NCBI GenBank assembly: GCA_963693365.1
Contig: CAVNZM010000006.1
Coordinates: 8,621,355 to 8,685,354 of the forward strand
Reading direction: 5' to 3'
DNA length: 64,000 nt
Origin: Amoebidium appalachense
Lineage: Eukaryota; Protista; Ichthyosporea
Made by a program: the position numbers and the translations under genes. The notes below the pieces were generated by a model. The model worked only from the letters and a program-made list of their open reading frames with translations, was not told the origin of the DNA and ran no database searches. Shown here in pieces: positions 43,201-55,155 of this stretch. Within the stretch, counting starts at the first letter, position 1; each line of letters opens with the position of its first letter.

Positions 43201-45911
43201 TCCAACCTTATCTGCCAAAAAGCTGCTTTTAAATCAAGTTTAGCAAAGTGAGTATAGCCGTGCAGCTGTGAAAGCTGCTCGTCTATGTTAGGGAGAGGCC
43301 ATTGGTCTGCCTTAGTGATCCGATTCAGAGCCCTGTAATCGTTCACTAGACGCCAAGACCCGTCGGGCTTCTTAACCAATAGCACCGGACTTCTCCACGG
43401 ACTCGAACTATGCTCCACATGACCCTTTTTTAACATATCACTCACTATTATTAGCGCATCCGACAATTTATACTGCTCCATTCTATAGCTAGGCATCACT
43501 ACCGGCCTATTATCACCTGTGTCGATCTGCATTTCAAACCCTTTAACGAAGCCTACTTCGTTATCATCGGCCAGAAATGCAAACCGAGTCCTATCAAATA
43601 ACTTAGCTAGCAATTTTTTCTGTTCTACCGTCCAATCCCCCTCCTTCATACCAAACGGCAATACTAACTCCGGGTTACCCCCATCACAAGTGGATGCATC
43701 CTTATTCACCGGAGTGCCACTTAACATTTCACCTCCTGTATTACATCGGTGCTGCTCGGGGTGAGGTTGAGGTACCTCCGGATATAGGCGGTCACCCTTA
43801 GCACCCCCCCTCCCCCCGGCACACCAATGCCCCCGGGCAATTCCTGATGAGTTAGTGCATGTATGTGGGGGGCCAGGTCTGTGGCCACCCTGCCCCCCAC
43901 GGTGTTGGTTAACCCGTCAGATCCACGGGTTAGACCAACACCCTCCCCCCCTGCCTGCACATTCTCACACCCGGGGTGACCCTCCTTCCTCTTGGGGGTC
44001 GGGGGAGTGGGACCGGTGCTGTCCCGGTCCCCCCCCCCATCGTGTCGGGTGACATTTTGGTGGCTAACGTTAAATAAAGTTGCTCCCCCTCCTCCTGAGT
44101 CACCCTTCGAGCCGGCATCCTCCTTTTGGGTAATAAGAGAGACCTCTATACTACCAATCTCATTAGTGAAACTACCGACGGAAACACCTGACCTAATCAC
44201 TATAGGCTCGATGCCCGGATTCACTAATTCTATTTCTATTGTCTTATCCGGCCATACCCTACTAAGGGTCCAATTGGCCACCTCCTGAAATGGGGTTTTC
44301 GGGGTAAAAACCCCTAAATCCCCTATCCTAACATGATTGCCGGCCCGGACACGTACCGTTTGGCACTGATTGAAGGCTCGATTACTACTTCAGCTACCGT
44401 TCTAGCACCAGACTGATAACCGTCGAGCCCATCATGGGTTTTAATTTTAACGCCGGACTGCAATTCTAAAACATTCGTACGTTCAAACAAAGCATTCACA
44501 TGTCTACGGAAAAATGGGGCTCCCAACAAAACACTTTGAGCTAAATCCTTAACCACATAACAAGCAATATGCATAGCCTGGCCACCTATCTCACACGGCA
44601 ACACACAAACACCTTCCACAGACATACTACTATTATTAGCACTACCTAAGGCTGTGCTAGAAGCATCTAAAATAGGAATTTCCCCCCCGGCCTGATTAAA
44701 ACGACGAATAAACGAAGCATGCACACAATTAACCTGAGCCCCTCCATCGAGCAAAGCAACCGCCTTCAACTTACCATCAGCTAACCATACGTCTATATAA
44801 TGCCGGCTAAAACCAACTAAATCCTCCTCCAATTCAAGCAACACATCATCACTCACACCCAATCCCTGCCCACGAAGACTCACACCCTCGATACCTACGT
44901 GCAACATACCTACCTGTGGTGCCTGCACGGGTGGGGTGGGGTGTGTATGTGGTGTGGGTGGTGGTGGAGTGTGTGTGTGTGATGTGTGGGTGGGTGGTGT
45001 GTGTGTGTTTGGTGTATGTGTGGGTGTGTGTGTGGGTGTAGGTGTGTCTGCAACCGTCGTATGTTGTTGTGGTGGTGTGTTTCTACGTGTCTGTGCCTTC
45101 CCTCCCCTTCCCCCTTTACTCGTGTGTGTCCCCCCCCCTCCCGGGAACAATGGCACAGAAACCCCCTCCGGTGTGGTTAGAACAAACACCGGGTTGGGAC
45201 AAGAAACACTGAGACCATCCACTGGTGGCTGGGGAACCTCCCCCAACCACAAAACATTCACACCATTCATACCTTTGGTAGAGTCACCCCACAAACATTC
45301 ATGCCATACCACCTCGACGCTGTCTTGAGGACCCACGACGATGCCCGGCTCCCACACGTATCGGGGCGGTGAGGGGGCAAAGGGAAGCTTAACCTGGGGT
45401 GGGGGAGGGTGAAGGTTCTCTGCAACCTGGGGGGGACCGATACTGTCCCCCCCCCCCTCCCTCAGTGACCCCAGCTTCCCCCTCCCCCGGAACTCAATAG
45501 CTCTTGTAACTACGGCAATATGCAGCAGAGTGCCCTTGCCGGCCACAAAAGTAACATGCACCAAAGAAGGGGCCAGGGGGGACTTCAAAACCTTGGCGCA
45601 AAGCATAACCGGGAGCCCGGTCATGCTGGGGGGGCCCACCGTGTGCACCACGGCCCCCCCTTCCCCCCTGCCCCCCTCGGCCTCTCTCACCACCATTTCC
45701 ACCCCTCCCTCTACCCTGCCCAGCACCACGAGCAAGATAAGGGGCAAACCTCTCGGTGAACTGCTGCTGTTGTCCTCCACGTCCACCTCGGCCACGACCG
45801 CCGTGTCCACCCCGGTCGCCGCCACGGCCACCCCGGAAGCCGAAGCCCCCTCGGCCCGAGAAGACGGCCTGGGAGAGCTCGGCCACCTGCTTCAACCAAC
45901 ATGGTGAGTGC
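40250..45911 (-). pseudogene. Gypsy-1 gag C-terminus and pol with multiple frameshifts
   Basis: CYFCGRQGHSAAYC knuckle, LLDGGA protease, YLDD RT, CDAS/YTDH RNase H, GHLG..CMHC and DVVGP/YHPQAN integrase, GPY, chromodomain-like YYLIRFEGG..EDQWLPE. Confidence 0.92.
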
Positions 45912-46590
45912 ATCTGTGTAAACAGTTGAACTAGTTGGGATAAGGCAGAGAACAACTGAATCAGAATAAAGACAGAGAACGGGTAGTAAGGCACACGCGG
46001 CCAGGTTACTATTTAATGTGCTCGTTCAGAGTGATCCCCCGTACTGGGACGGCTTGTTTATATAGCCCCCAGGTTCCGGATCATCTGGATGGGTGGCATT
46101 GATGCCTTCGTGACTTCTGACCAGTCAGAAGAGTGCGGTCGTCTTTATGTGCACACAGTGCACCAATAACATGAAGCTAACTAAAAGGATAACTTTGTGG
46201 CAAATGATTGGTCAATACTTAAGCCCGTTTAGGTTTATGCAACTGGGTCTGATTTCCTTATTGGTTCCGTTCGTTTAGCTATAGATGTCGCCTCCGTAGT
46301 GGATGAGACTTGCATTCCTATCCTAGCGGTTCTCGAATTCTATTGGTTCATACTGACTGCACGGCCACTGCATATTGCCGGCGCCGCGGCTCAGTCGTGA
46401 GCCGCAGCCCGCGGCTGTCGCGTGTGATATTGATCTGATCATATGTACACAATATCTACGTGATCACTATGATATGTACAGTATATTCGTAATAGTAAAC
46501 ATGTACGGCGTGTACAGATGTTTACACTCCCCCCTTCTCGGGAGCCTGGTGGTATGGTCTGGAGACGGTAAACCACCAGGCTGAGGGAAG

Positions 46591-49500
46591 TTAGCGACGT
46601 CGGCGCTTCTTTCGTGCGGGCTGGCTGGCAGGGCCGGCCACCAAAGTACCTAGGTAGTCTGTGAGTGCTCCTGCGGCTGTGTCTTGCAGGCCGGAGTGAG
46701 GTTCCCAGGTGTCGTTCTTAGCCGTGTACCCTTTCCAACGAACTTTGTAAAGGGCTTGGGCAGTTGCCGAGTCGTACTTGTGGGCAATAATTTTTGCCAC
46801 TTCGAAGGTGGGGGTGGGTGAATCTTGCGGACCAGAGTCGGCTGGCGTCATATCAACGTCGTCACGGGGAAAATACGGCTTCAAGTGACGTGCGTGTGCT
46901 CGAACGGTGTCCGTTGACCCAACCCGCTGAATTTCGTAAGACATGGGGGCGTCGGTAACGCGCCGCAGGACGCGATACGGACCTTCCCATTTAGGTCTGA
47001 GTGCCGTGGGTAGACTGTGGTCGGTGGTGGAGTCTGTGACTGCTTTCAACACCAGACCCTCGAGTTCTGTGGGTTCACGAGCATTTTTGTTAGCCGTGAT
47101 TTTACTACGACGGGCAGCTTCAGACATAATTCGTGTGACTGTTTGCCGGGCATACTGCACTCGTTGCAGTAGTTCTCGACGGTATTCCTCCGTCTCCATC
47201 CCACATGAAGCCGCAATTGGGGGGCGGGGGGGCTCGACCGGATCTCTGCCATAAAGCATGAAGAATGGCGTGTCCCCCAAGGAAGAGTGGTAGGCGGTGC
47301 GGTAGGAAAACAGTACTTGCGGTAAGTAGTCAATCCATTCGTGGTGTTTATCCTGCACGAGAGTGGCAAGAATATTCTTAAGTGTGCGATTGAATCGCTC
47401 TACGGCACCATTGGTCTGGGGGCTGTAGGGACTTGCAAAAATTCGTTTTGTAGCCAACACTCGACAGACATCTGTGACCAACATAGCTGCCAAATTCGCG
47501 CCGTTGTCTGATACTAAAAATTCCGGACGACCGTGACGGCAGTAGATGGAGTCTTCGAATGCCTTTGCCACATCTTCGGCTGTGGGTGTTTTGTGAAATA
47601 AAATCACTTCCGGCCAGCGAGTGAAGAGGTCGAGAAACACCAACAGGGAAACTCTGAGATCAGATTTCGTAGGCATCTCAGTAATGTCCATAGACACGTA
47701 TTGAAAGGGATAGGTGGGGATAAAACCATCGTGAATTCGTAGTTTCTTTTGCATTCGGGGTGTCTTCCGGTATTGACAGGCTTTGCATGTGGTTACCCAC
47801 TGCACCGAGTCTTGCCATACACGTGGCCACCATGCTATCTGGGTAACACGGTGGAAGGTGCGTGCTGCGTCGAGGTGACCTGCGGTTGGGGCGTCGTGAC
47901 ATGCGGCCAAAACGAGGCGCACAAGCGTAGACGGCACCCAAATTCGTGGTTCCTTGCTGGGTTTGCGGGGGCCACGCTGTTCTAGGACCCACACATACAC
48001 AAGGTCATTGTCTATGGTGCAGCGACTAGCTTCCATCGCGATTTCGTTGCCAAATAATTCGTAGCCCGGTGCTTTTTCCAGGTAGGCCCTGACTTTCGCA
48101 ATGTGTTTATCAGCCTTCTGTGCTGACACATACTGTTCATAGGTGGGCATTCGTCCATCCGCTTTTGGGGGAATAAATTCTGGCGGCGTGGTATTAGGTT
48201 TCGTGGGTTCAGCTGGGGGTGGGTGGGTGGCAGCTTGTGCCTGCGCTGTCGCTGCGGCGGAGCGTGTTACCGCAAACACCGTGGACGAGCCCGAGACTGT
48301 GCCGATCAGTGAGGGGTATGTCAGCTCAGTATCTTCGGGTCCTGGTTGCGCATTTTCTTTAGATGGCCGAGAGAGTCCATCAGCATTGCTGTGGTGTTTG
48401 CCCGCCCTGTGCTGAATTTCGTATGTGTATGCGGAAAGCGCCATTTGCCAGCCTGCAACAACAGGTTCCGGTGCATCGCCGGTAGACAGAATGCGCGTCA
48501 AGCTGGAGTGGTCGGTTCGTAACAAGAAAGGAGCCCCATAGGTGTAAGCGCGAAATGCTTTGCACACAGCCCAATACACACCTAAGGCCTCCCTTTTATT
48601 CGCCGCATAATTTCGTTCACTCTTAGAGAGTGTTCTGCTAGCATAAGCTATGGGTCGTTCTTTGCCGTCATCACCTACCTGCGAAATCACTGCGCCCAGA
48701 GCATACTGTGAAGCATCTGAGTCAACAATAAAAGGTTTGGTGAAATCGGGGTGAGCAAGCACAGGTGCATTAATTAACGCATTCTTAAGGGTATCGTATG
48801 CTTTCTCCTGTTCCGTACCCCACACCCATGCAGCATTTTTCTGTGCTTTCTTTTTCGTGGCCAAAATAGCTGCAGAATCGGCGTGCAAATTTTTTGCTTC
48901 GTCTTTTCGTTGTTTTGCGCTGCCGTTGCGTTTGGCGGGTTTCGTAGAGGGGGGCATTTTTGCGTGAATTCGTTTTAGTAATTCTGAATCCTCCTTCGAG
49001 GTGCCCAGCATTCGCGTGAGTGGTTCAGCCGTATGGCTGAAATCGTCCACAAATATTCGATAATATGAAAATAACCCGAGGTCACTTCGTAGCTCAGATA
49101 AATTTTGTGGGTAGCTTTTATTCTTTATTGCTGCCACTTTTTCTGGGTCTACCTTAATACCATCCGGGCATACGCGATGGCCTAAATAGCCAACTTCTTC
49201 CATGAACAAAGAGCATTTTCTGCCTTTCAGTTTTAATCCTGCATCACAGAGCCGGGAAAAACATGAATCTAAATGCCCAAAATGTTCTTCGATAGTGGGT
49301 GACATAACTAATATATCATCGAGATATATGAGTACATGTGTCCACAGCATACCAGCGAATACACGGTTCATCATCCTTGAAAAGACAGCAGGCATGTTAC
49401 TTACTCCAAAAGGTGCGCGTGCGAATTGATACTGCCCCCAGGGGGTGGTAAATGCAAGTTTTTCTTTGTCGTTATCGGCTACTTTGACTTGGTGGTAACC

Positions 49501-51336
49501 ACCGTTTAAATCAAGTGCGGAAAACACGCGGGCACCTCTGAGCATACCCAGAGCCATGTCAATTCGTGGTAAAGGGTAACCGTCTTTCTTCGTAATCAAG
49601 TTCAGCATTCTAAAATCAATGCAGACTCTTAAAGACCCGTCCTTTTTCGCCACCAACACCATCGGAGCGGAGTAAGGGCTGGACGCAGGCTCAATCACTC
49701 CAAACTCTACCCAATTTTGAATTTGTTTGTGTAGGCTATCGCGAAGGTGATGTGGGATGTTATAGGGCCTGCGGTACTGTGGTATGGTGGTAGTTACTTC
49801 GATCGACAGTTCGTCTAAGGTACTCAAACCAAAGTCGTTGTCGTGTGCAGAGAACACATGCTTCCATTTCTTAAGCAGTTTTCGTATCCGTTTCGCCAAC
49901 GGTTTCCGTTGGTCTGGGGGAGTTCCAGGCATGTCGTATTCTTCTGGAGGTTTGACCCCAAAAGGCAAGTCGTCGTCTGTGGCGGCTTCCCCGTCGGAGG
50001 TACATTCGTGCGTACGCTTTCGTAAATTATTCGTATCCTCCAGTGCAGTGGTAGATGGTGCCCCATCTGCTGCTTCGATAGTAGGTGGCCCTACCTCTGG
50101 TTTTGTTCGTGCTGGATTACCAAAACCATTCATTTTCGTGGAACTGCGCTGTGTGGTGTTCTCTTTCGTACTCATATTCATAATTTTACTCCGTTCACAC
50201 ACCTTAATACTACCGTTAATATTAGTAGCCGCCTGGAAAGTGTGTGGTTCGTGTTCGGTGGGTTCTTCGGTTGATTCCTGCGAAGAAAAGTTCGTTTTAG
50301 CAGAGGTACCTAATGGATGGCCAGGGTGTGGGGTTGTCGCCCTCCTGGTTCCATTACCGGAGTGTGGACGTGCTAAAAGAGTAACAGTGTCATCTGATTG
50401 CAAGGGAATAAACATGGCCACCTCCGTACCAGGGCCTAGGTACACATGATGGTCCGATGTGTTAGTCAACAACACCTTGCATTCGTATTCGTCCTCGATC
50501 ACACTTTCTTCGCTAGTGGAGAGGGGGGGTTCGTTATTCGAAATTCGAGCTAAACTGGTGACACTGCATGCTGTTGTGTAAGCCCGTGAATTAAGTGGAC
50601 CACATGGAACCACTGTGCCCATACAACAGTCTAAAGTTCGTGGTGGTGGTGCGCCGGCAGCGAGTTTTATTTTACACGTTGCGATATTTGACGCATCTAC
50701 CGGGAGGTGAATACCTGTGGTGGTAATTAATACGCGAGAAACAGCTGTCTCCTCCGCACTCCCACGCAACCACCACACCGGAATACTGCACCTGCGATTT
50801 CCCTTAGCATACATGAACGAAAGTTCTGCAGCACCGTAATCAATTCGTCCCTGTTGTGGCCCCATGAAATCAACACCTAATAAGGCATCATATGGTAGAT
50901 TATCAATCACATGCCATCTGTGCACCACTAGAGCAGATTCGTTGGGAATGGCGAGAGTGAGAGATATACTTCCTTGGCATGTCATTTCGTTACTTTGTGC
51001 ATCCAGTACACTAAAATTAGGAACATGCTGAATTCGTTTTCTTGCCACTACAGGGAGAGATTCGTAAAATGCTGTGCTTATACAGCTATGGCTAGCACCA
51101 GAGTCGACAACTACTGTGACTAGCTTCCCATGCACATACATTCGCGCAAGTGTGGCTGTGCATTTATTTTCGTGGGTTAATGTGCACACAGTGGCATTTT
51201 CATGCCGTGGTTCTGCAATGGAGGAGTGCACACGGTCAGCAAAATGCACATTTTTCTTTTTGCGCGGGGGCGGGGTGTGCGTGTGCATGGGGGGGTCAGT
51301 ACACGGGGGTAACTGTTCGTGGGGGGTGGGGCACAT
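46591..51336 (-). CDS. Gypsy-2 Pol (PR-RT-RNaseH-INT-chromodomain), uninterrupted 1581 aa
   Basis: VDSGA, YLDD, SDAS, GHL..CKAC, SDNG/NGAVER, WEGPY, FEVAKIIAH..YKVRWKGY..DTWEP. Confidence 0.96.
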   Translation of the reverse strand: MCPTPHEQLPPCTDPPMHTHTPPPRKKKNVHFADRVHSSIAEPRHENATVCTLTHENKCTATLARMYVHGKLVTVVVDSGASHSCISTAFYESLPVVARKRIQHVPNFSVLDAQSNEMTCQGSISLTLAIPNESALVVHRWHVIDNLPYDALLGVDFMGPQQGRIDYGAAELSFMYAKGNRRCSIPVWWLRGSAEETAVSRVLITTTGIHLPVDASNIATCKIKLAAGAPPPRTLDCCMGTVVPCGPLNSRAYTTACSVTSLARISNNEPPLSTSEESVIEDEYECKVLLTNTSDHHVYLGPGTEVAMFIPLQSDDTVTLLARPHSGNGTRRATTPHPGHPLGTSAKTNFSSQESTEEPTEHEPHTFQAATNINGSIKVCERSKIMNMSTKENTTQRSSTKMNGFGNPARTKPEVGPPTIEAADGAPSTTALEDTNNLRKRTHECTSDGEAATDDDLPFGVKPPEEYDMPGTPPDQRKPLAKRIRKLLKKWKHVFSAHDNDFGLSTLDELSIEVTTTIPQYRRPYNIPHHLRDSLHKQIQNWVEFGVIEPASSPYSAPMVLVAKKDGSLRVCIDFRMLNLITKKDGYPLPRIDMALGMLRGARVFSALDLNGGYHQVKVADNDKEKLAFTTPWGQYQFARAPFGVSNMPAVFSRMMNRVFAGMLWTHVLIYLDDILVMSPTIEEHFGHLDSCFSRLCDAGLKLKGRKCSLFMEEVGYLGHRVCPDGIKVDPEKVAAIKNKSYPQNLSELRSDLGLFSYYRIFVDDFSHTAEPLTRMLGTSKEDSELLKRIHAKMPPSTKPAKRNGSAKQRKDEAKNLHADSAAILATKKKAQKNAAWVWGTEQEKAYDTLKNALINAPVLAHPDFTKPFIVDSDASQYALGAVISQVGDDGKERPIAYASRTLSKSERNYAANKREALGVYWAVCKAFRAYTYGAPFLLRTDHSSLTRILSTGDAPEPVVAGWQMALSAYTYEIQHRAGKHHSNADGLSRPSKENAQPGPEDTELTYPSLIGTVSGSSTVFAVTRSAAATAQAQAATHPPPAEPTKPNTTPPEFIPPKADGRMPTYEQYVSAQKADKHIAKVRAYLEKAPGYELFGNEIAMEASRCTIDNDLVYVWVLEQRGPRKPSKEPRIWVPSTLVRLVLAACHDAPTAGHLDAARTFHRVTQIAWWPRVWQDSVQWVTTCKACQYRKTPRMQKKLRIHDGFIPTYPFQYVSMDITEMPTKSDLRVSLLVFLDLFTRWPEVILFHKTPTAEDVAKAFEDSIYCRHGRPEFLVSDNGANLAAMLVTDVCRVLATKRIFASPYSPQTNGAVERFNRTLKNILATLVQDKHHEWIDYLPQVLFSYRTAYHSSLGDTPFFMLYGRDPVEPPRPPIAASCGMETEEYRRELLQRVQYARQTVTRIMSEAARRSKITANKNAREPTELEGLVLKAVTDSTTDHSLPTALRPKWEGPYRVLRRVTDAPMSYEIQRVGSTDTVRAHARHLKPYFPRDDVDMTPADSGPQDSPTPTFEVAKIIAHKYDSATAQALYKVRWKGYTAKNDTWEPHSGLQDTAAGALTDYLGTLVAGPASQPARKKRRRR

Positions 51337-51491
51337 GCAGATTCGTGGGAGGGCTCCGAGACAACAGAAATTTCCGCACCAGTAGATTTATTTTGCAATT
51401 TATCTGCCAGAGGGGAACACAGTTCCAGCTCTGCTATTAAATCAAATACATTATGTTCTACTGGGGAGAGACCAGTCCCTTGCCCGCCTTC

Positions 51492-53491
51492 CTATTCTAC
51501 ACGTGCTCTCTTGAACTTGGCCCGATTAGCCTCAATCTCTGCCTTGCGGGTTCCCTTCTTAAAGTTGGGGTCGTACTTGGGGCAAATTGGTGACCCCCCA
51601 AAGTGCCCCTTCTGCTTGCAGGAGTGGCATTCGAATTTGAGGGCCGGGCACGTCTTGCCTTCGGCGTGGCTGCCGTACTTGCACCCACGGTTGCAGGGGG
51701 TGGTGCCCATGCGCGAAAAAATAGACGGCTTCTCGCTGGCACCAGATCCACCACCGGGTTGCTGTTTTGTGGGGGGTTTCTGTGTTAGAATGGTGGATGG
51801 GGTTCGTGTGTGCCTGTCTCTTTCTTTTTCTGCGAGATAGGCAACAACTCCAGACAGGGTCAATTCTTCTTCTTTTCGTGTTTGTCTGAGTTGATATTTG
51901 CGAAATTCTTGTTCGTCTTCCCCACCCAATCGGTGAGACAAATCCAAAATTTGGTGTGCCTCAGACTTAAGGGGGTACACACGTGCCCACAAACGCGCAT
52001 GCCTGCTTGCAAATTCGGCCACCTTTTGCTTGCCTTGTTTGAGTGCATTTAATTCGGCACTGAGTGCCTCTTGCACACGCTGGTCGTGAAATTTCGTAAC
52101 TAGTGCATGTGCAAATGCATCAAACGTGAGTTCTCCCTGTGTCCTGGTAAAATTCGTGTACCACACACGGGCGGGGGAAGCAAGAGGAAAGCACTGCACC
52201 GCCCAGCGAACAGCAAGTGTGGGGGGGACCCCTGCAATGCAAAACATCTGCTGGGAAAATTCGTGCAGCCATTCAATCACCGTGCATTTATCCTGCAAGT
52301 CACCCTTGTATTCTGGTAGTTTCAATGCAGCCAAGATGGGGCCGTATTCGGATGCATGCAACTGGCGGAGAGGGTGCAACCACAGTTTTTCGTGCTCTGC
52401 AAAGTGCTTGTTCAATATAGACCCAGCCTTACCTCCTGAGCCTGTGCTGACATCAGAGCCTCTCGGGCGACTTGGCGTGCCTGCCAGTCCACCTGCAGAC
52501 GCCAGAGGGGATCCTGCAAGGGGGATTTCGTTAAATACGGGTGCTTTAGGCTGGTCGAAGTGATCTTCTTCATGCACTTTCGCAGTCATGTGTTCGTTTT
52601 CGTTTGTGGGTGTGTCTTCGTAACTTTGTTCGTGTTTTTCTTCATTTTCAGCATCAGAATCAGTGTAGCTGAGTGTGCGCGCAAGCACATCCTTATATGT
52701 AAATTTAGTGGGGGGTGCGGGAGGTGCAATTACCTTGGGATCAGTGCACCCAGATGGGACCGGGGACAAAGGCTTCTTGCCTGTGGTGGGTGGGGGAGGA
52801 CGGGGGTGGTGGGCACCGTCGTATTTTTCACACGTGCCTCAGCCACCAACTGTGCTTCCCGCTCCAACTCAGACCATTTCGCGGACGTGCACAACATTCT
52901 AGACAGTGTGGTGTCTTCCATCTGCGAAATCTCACTGTAAATCTGCGCGACATCAGCTTCGAGGTCCATCACAGGCCGCCCAGCATCGATTGCAGTTTGA
53001 ATGGCACGTCTCAGAGTTTCAATACGATAGAACTTGGAGAGAACACGGCCCCGCACCTCTGCCAGAGCTGTGGCAGTGTCCCGGTCTTGTTTCGTTTTTT
53101 CCTTCGTTGCTACTTGAAGTTCGTTCGTGTGTTTGTTGGTGTTCGTGTGTTCGTTGGTGTTCGTATGTTCGTTGGTTTTCGTGTGTTCGTTGCGCTTCGT
53201 TTTGTCTTTGGGTTTCGTGCTTTCGTTGGGCTTCGTTTGTTCGTTGCCAGTGGGCTTCGTAGTTGCCTTTGTGTTCGTGTGTGTGTTGGGTTTTGTGATC
53301 GTGTTCGGTTTCTGGGGAGCACGAGGCTGTGTAGGGGGAGGGGTGGGGAGTGTTTTCGTGCCCTGCCCCGGAGTCTTGGCTTTCTTCTGCGTTGGGGGCG
53401 GCGGTTTGACTGCGGTAGGCTTCTTGGTGTCACGTGTCAGTTTGCTTTCATTGTCCGAGAGTACAGGGTAGTCGTCAAATTCGCCCGCCAT
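51492..53491 (-). CDS. Gypsy-2 Gag (one frameshift near 52730-52800)
   Basis: ATG 53491 just after the PBS; capsid-like ARVWY...LKQG; CHSCKQKGHFGGSPIC knuckle. Confidence 0.85.
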
Positions 53492-53527
53492 GGTTGAAGA
53501 GATTCTTGAAAGATGTGAGATTCTGGA

Positions 53528-53542
53528 ACTGCGCGGTCGCCA
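53528..53542 (-). promoter_or_regulatory. Gypsy-2 primer-binding site (probably a tRNA-Arg 3' end)
   Basis: TGGCGACCGCGCAGT one base after the 5' LTR; tRNA identity is inferred from the ...GGTCGCCA end. Confidence 0.75.
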
Positions 53543-54158
53543 ATGTAAACAGTTGAACTAGTTGGGATAAGGCAGAGAACAACTGAATCAGAATAAAGAC
53601 AGAGAACGGGTAGTAAGGCACACGCGGCCAGGTTACTATTTAATGTGCTCGTTCAGAGTGATCCCCCGTACTGGGACGGCTTGTTTATATAGCCCCCAGG
53701 TTCCGGATCATCTGGATGGGTGGCATTGATGCCTTCGTGACTTCTGACCAGTCAGAAGAGTGCGGTCGTCTTTATGTGCACACAGTGCACCAATAACATG
53801 AAGCTAACTAAAAGGATAACTTTGTGGCAAATGATTGGTCAATACTTAAGCCCGTTTAGGTTTATGCAACTGGGTCTGATTTCCTTATTGGTTCCGTTCG
53901 TTTAGCTATAGATGTCGCCTCCGTAGTGGATGAGACTTGCATTCCTATCCTAGCGGTTCTCGAATTCTATTGGTTCATACTGACTGCACGGCCACTGCAT
54001 ATTGCCGGCGCCGCGGCTTAGTCGTGAGCCGCAGCCCGCGGCTGTCGCGTGTGATATTGATCTGATCATATGTACACAATATCTACGTGATCACTATGAT
54101 ATGTACAGTATATTCGTAATAGTAAACATGTACGGCGTGTACAGATGTTTACAATCTG

Positions 54159-55071
54159 GCTGTTCACCCTCTTTTTTCTCTTTTTCCCCCTTCTGTCCAC
54201 TCTCCTTCTTTTTCTTGTCTACTTCCATCACCTCCTTTTTATCCCTCTTATTGAACTTCACCTCGTGCATGGCAAGCAAGTGACGTTTAACATGCAACAC
54301 CACCTCATCTACATCATCATGCTCCCCAAACATGCGTGCAGTGTCTGTGTTTACAGAGAGAGCCTTACGAGCAAACTCGAATTTTTCCCTATCACTCACG
54401 TCACCAGCTAACTCACAAAGGTCTTCAAAGACCCGATATTCCCTCTCAAAGAATGCCCGAGCTTCTACGGGGGACATATCTAAAGTGGGAAAGGTATACT
54501 TCCATTCTCTGAGCTGGGCCCGGAAGGTACGGCGCCGGTCGGCCGTCAGGTATCGGCCGACGAGCCGGGCCGTATACTCGAGCTCGTTTTCCGGCCGTGT
54601 GAAGGCCTCGAGCTCCCCGTCCACGTCGTCGGTGCTGTTCTCGTCCTCGTCGTCGGGGATGAACCGTGCGGCCAGACGTTTCTGGCCGAGTGTCCGGGAC
54701 ACCATCTCGTCCCTCCCCTCGTCGTACTGCTGCTCGTATATACGAGCTGTCACCTGGGGGGCCTGCTCGGCCCGGTACGGGTGCTCCTCCATCAGGGTGC
54801 ATAAGTCGGCCATTGTTTTGTGGTCGATGCACTGTTTGATCATTAAGCACGAGGCCGCCACAGTGGGGGCCTTCTTTGTGTCTAACACTAGTGTGGGTGT
54901 GTTAGCTAGGAGTGTCCTAAGCCACCTAGGTATTTCCGAGTCGTGTTTGAGTGTAAAACTGAAAGCTGTGGTCTGTCTAACGTCTAGTGTATGAACCTGT
55001 GGGACCTGTGTGTGCAGGGAGCTATCCTCTGCTGCCAATGCGTAGAACATGTCTACGTTAAACTTAGCCAT
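54159..55071 (-). pseudogene. Gypsy-1 gag N-terminal part
   Basis: ORF starting downstream of the 5' LTR, cut by the Gypsy-2 insertion, continuing at 45911. Confidence 0.8.
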
Positions 55072-55119
55072 TGTGTAGTGTGTGCCCGAACTCGTGTGGT
55101 TGTGTTTATGTTTTTTTTT

Positions 55120-55155
<36 letters not shown>

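Larger units (their letters stand above)
45917..54153 (-). mobile_element. Young Ty3/Gypsy element with chromodomain (Gypsy-2), inserted in Gypsy-1 gag
   Basis: 610-bp LTRs 45917-46526 and 53544-54153 (TGTAAACA...TGTTTACA; one substitution seen), TSD ATCTG (45912-45916, 54154-54158), PPT at about 46527-46539. Confidence 0.97.

Noticed and set aside
53120-53260. 18-bp coding tandem repeat (NEHTNT-like) in Gypsy-2 gag
   Set aside because: Ordinary low-complexity gag linker.
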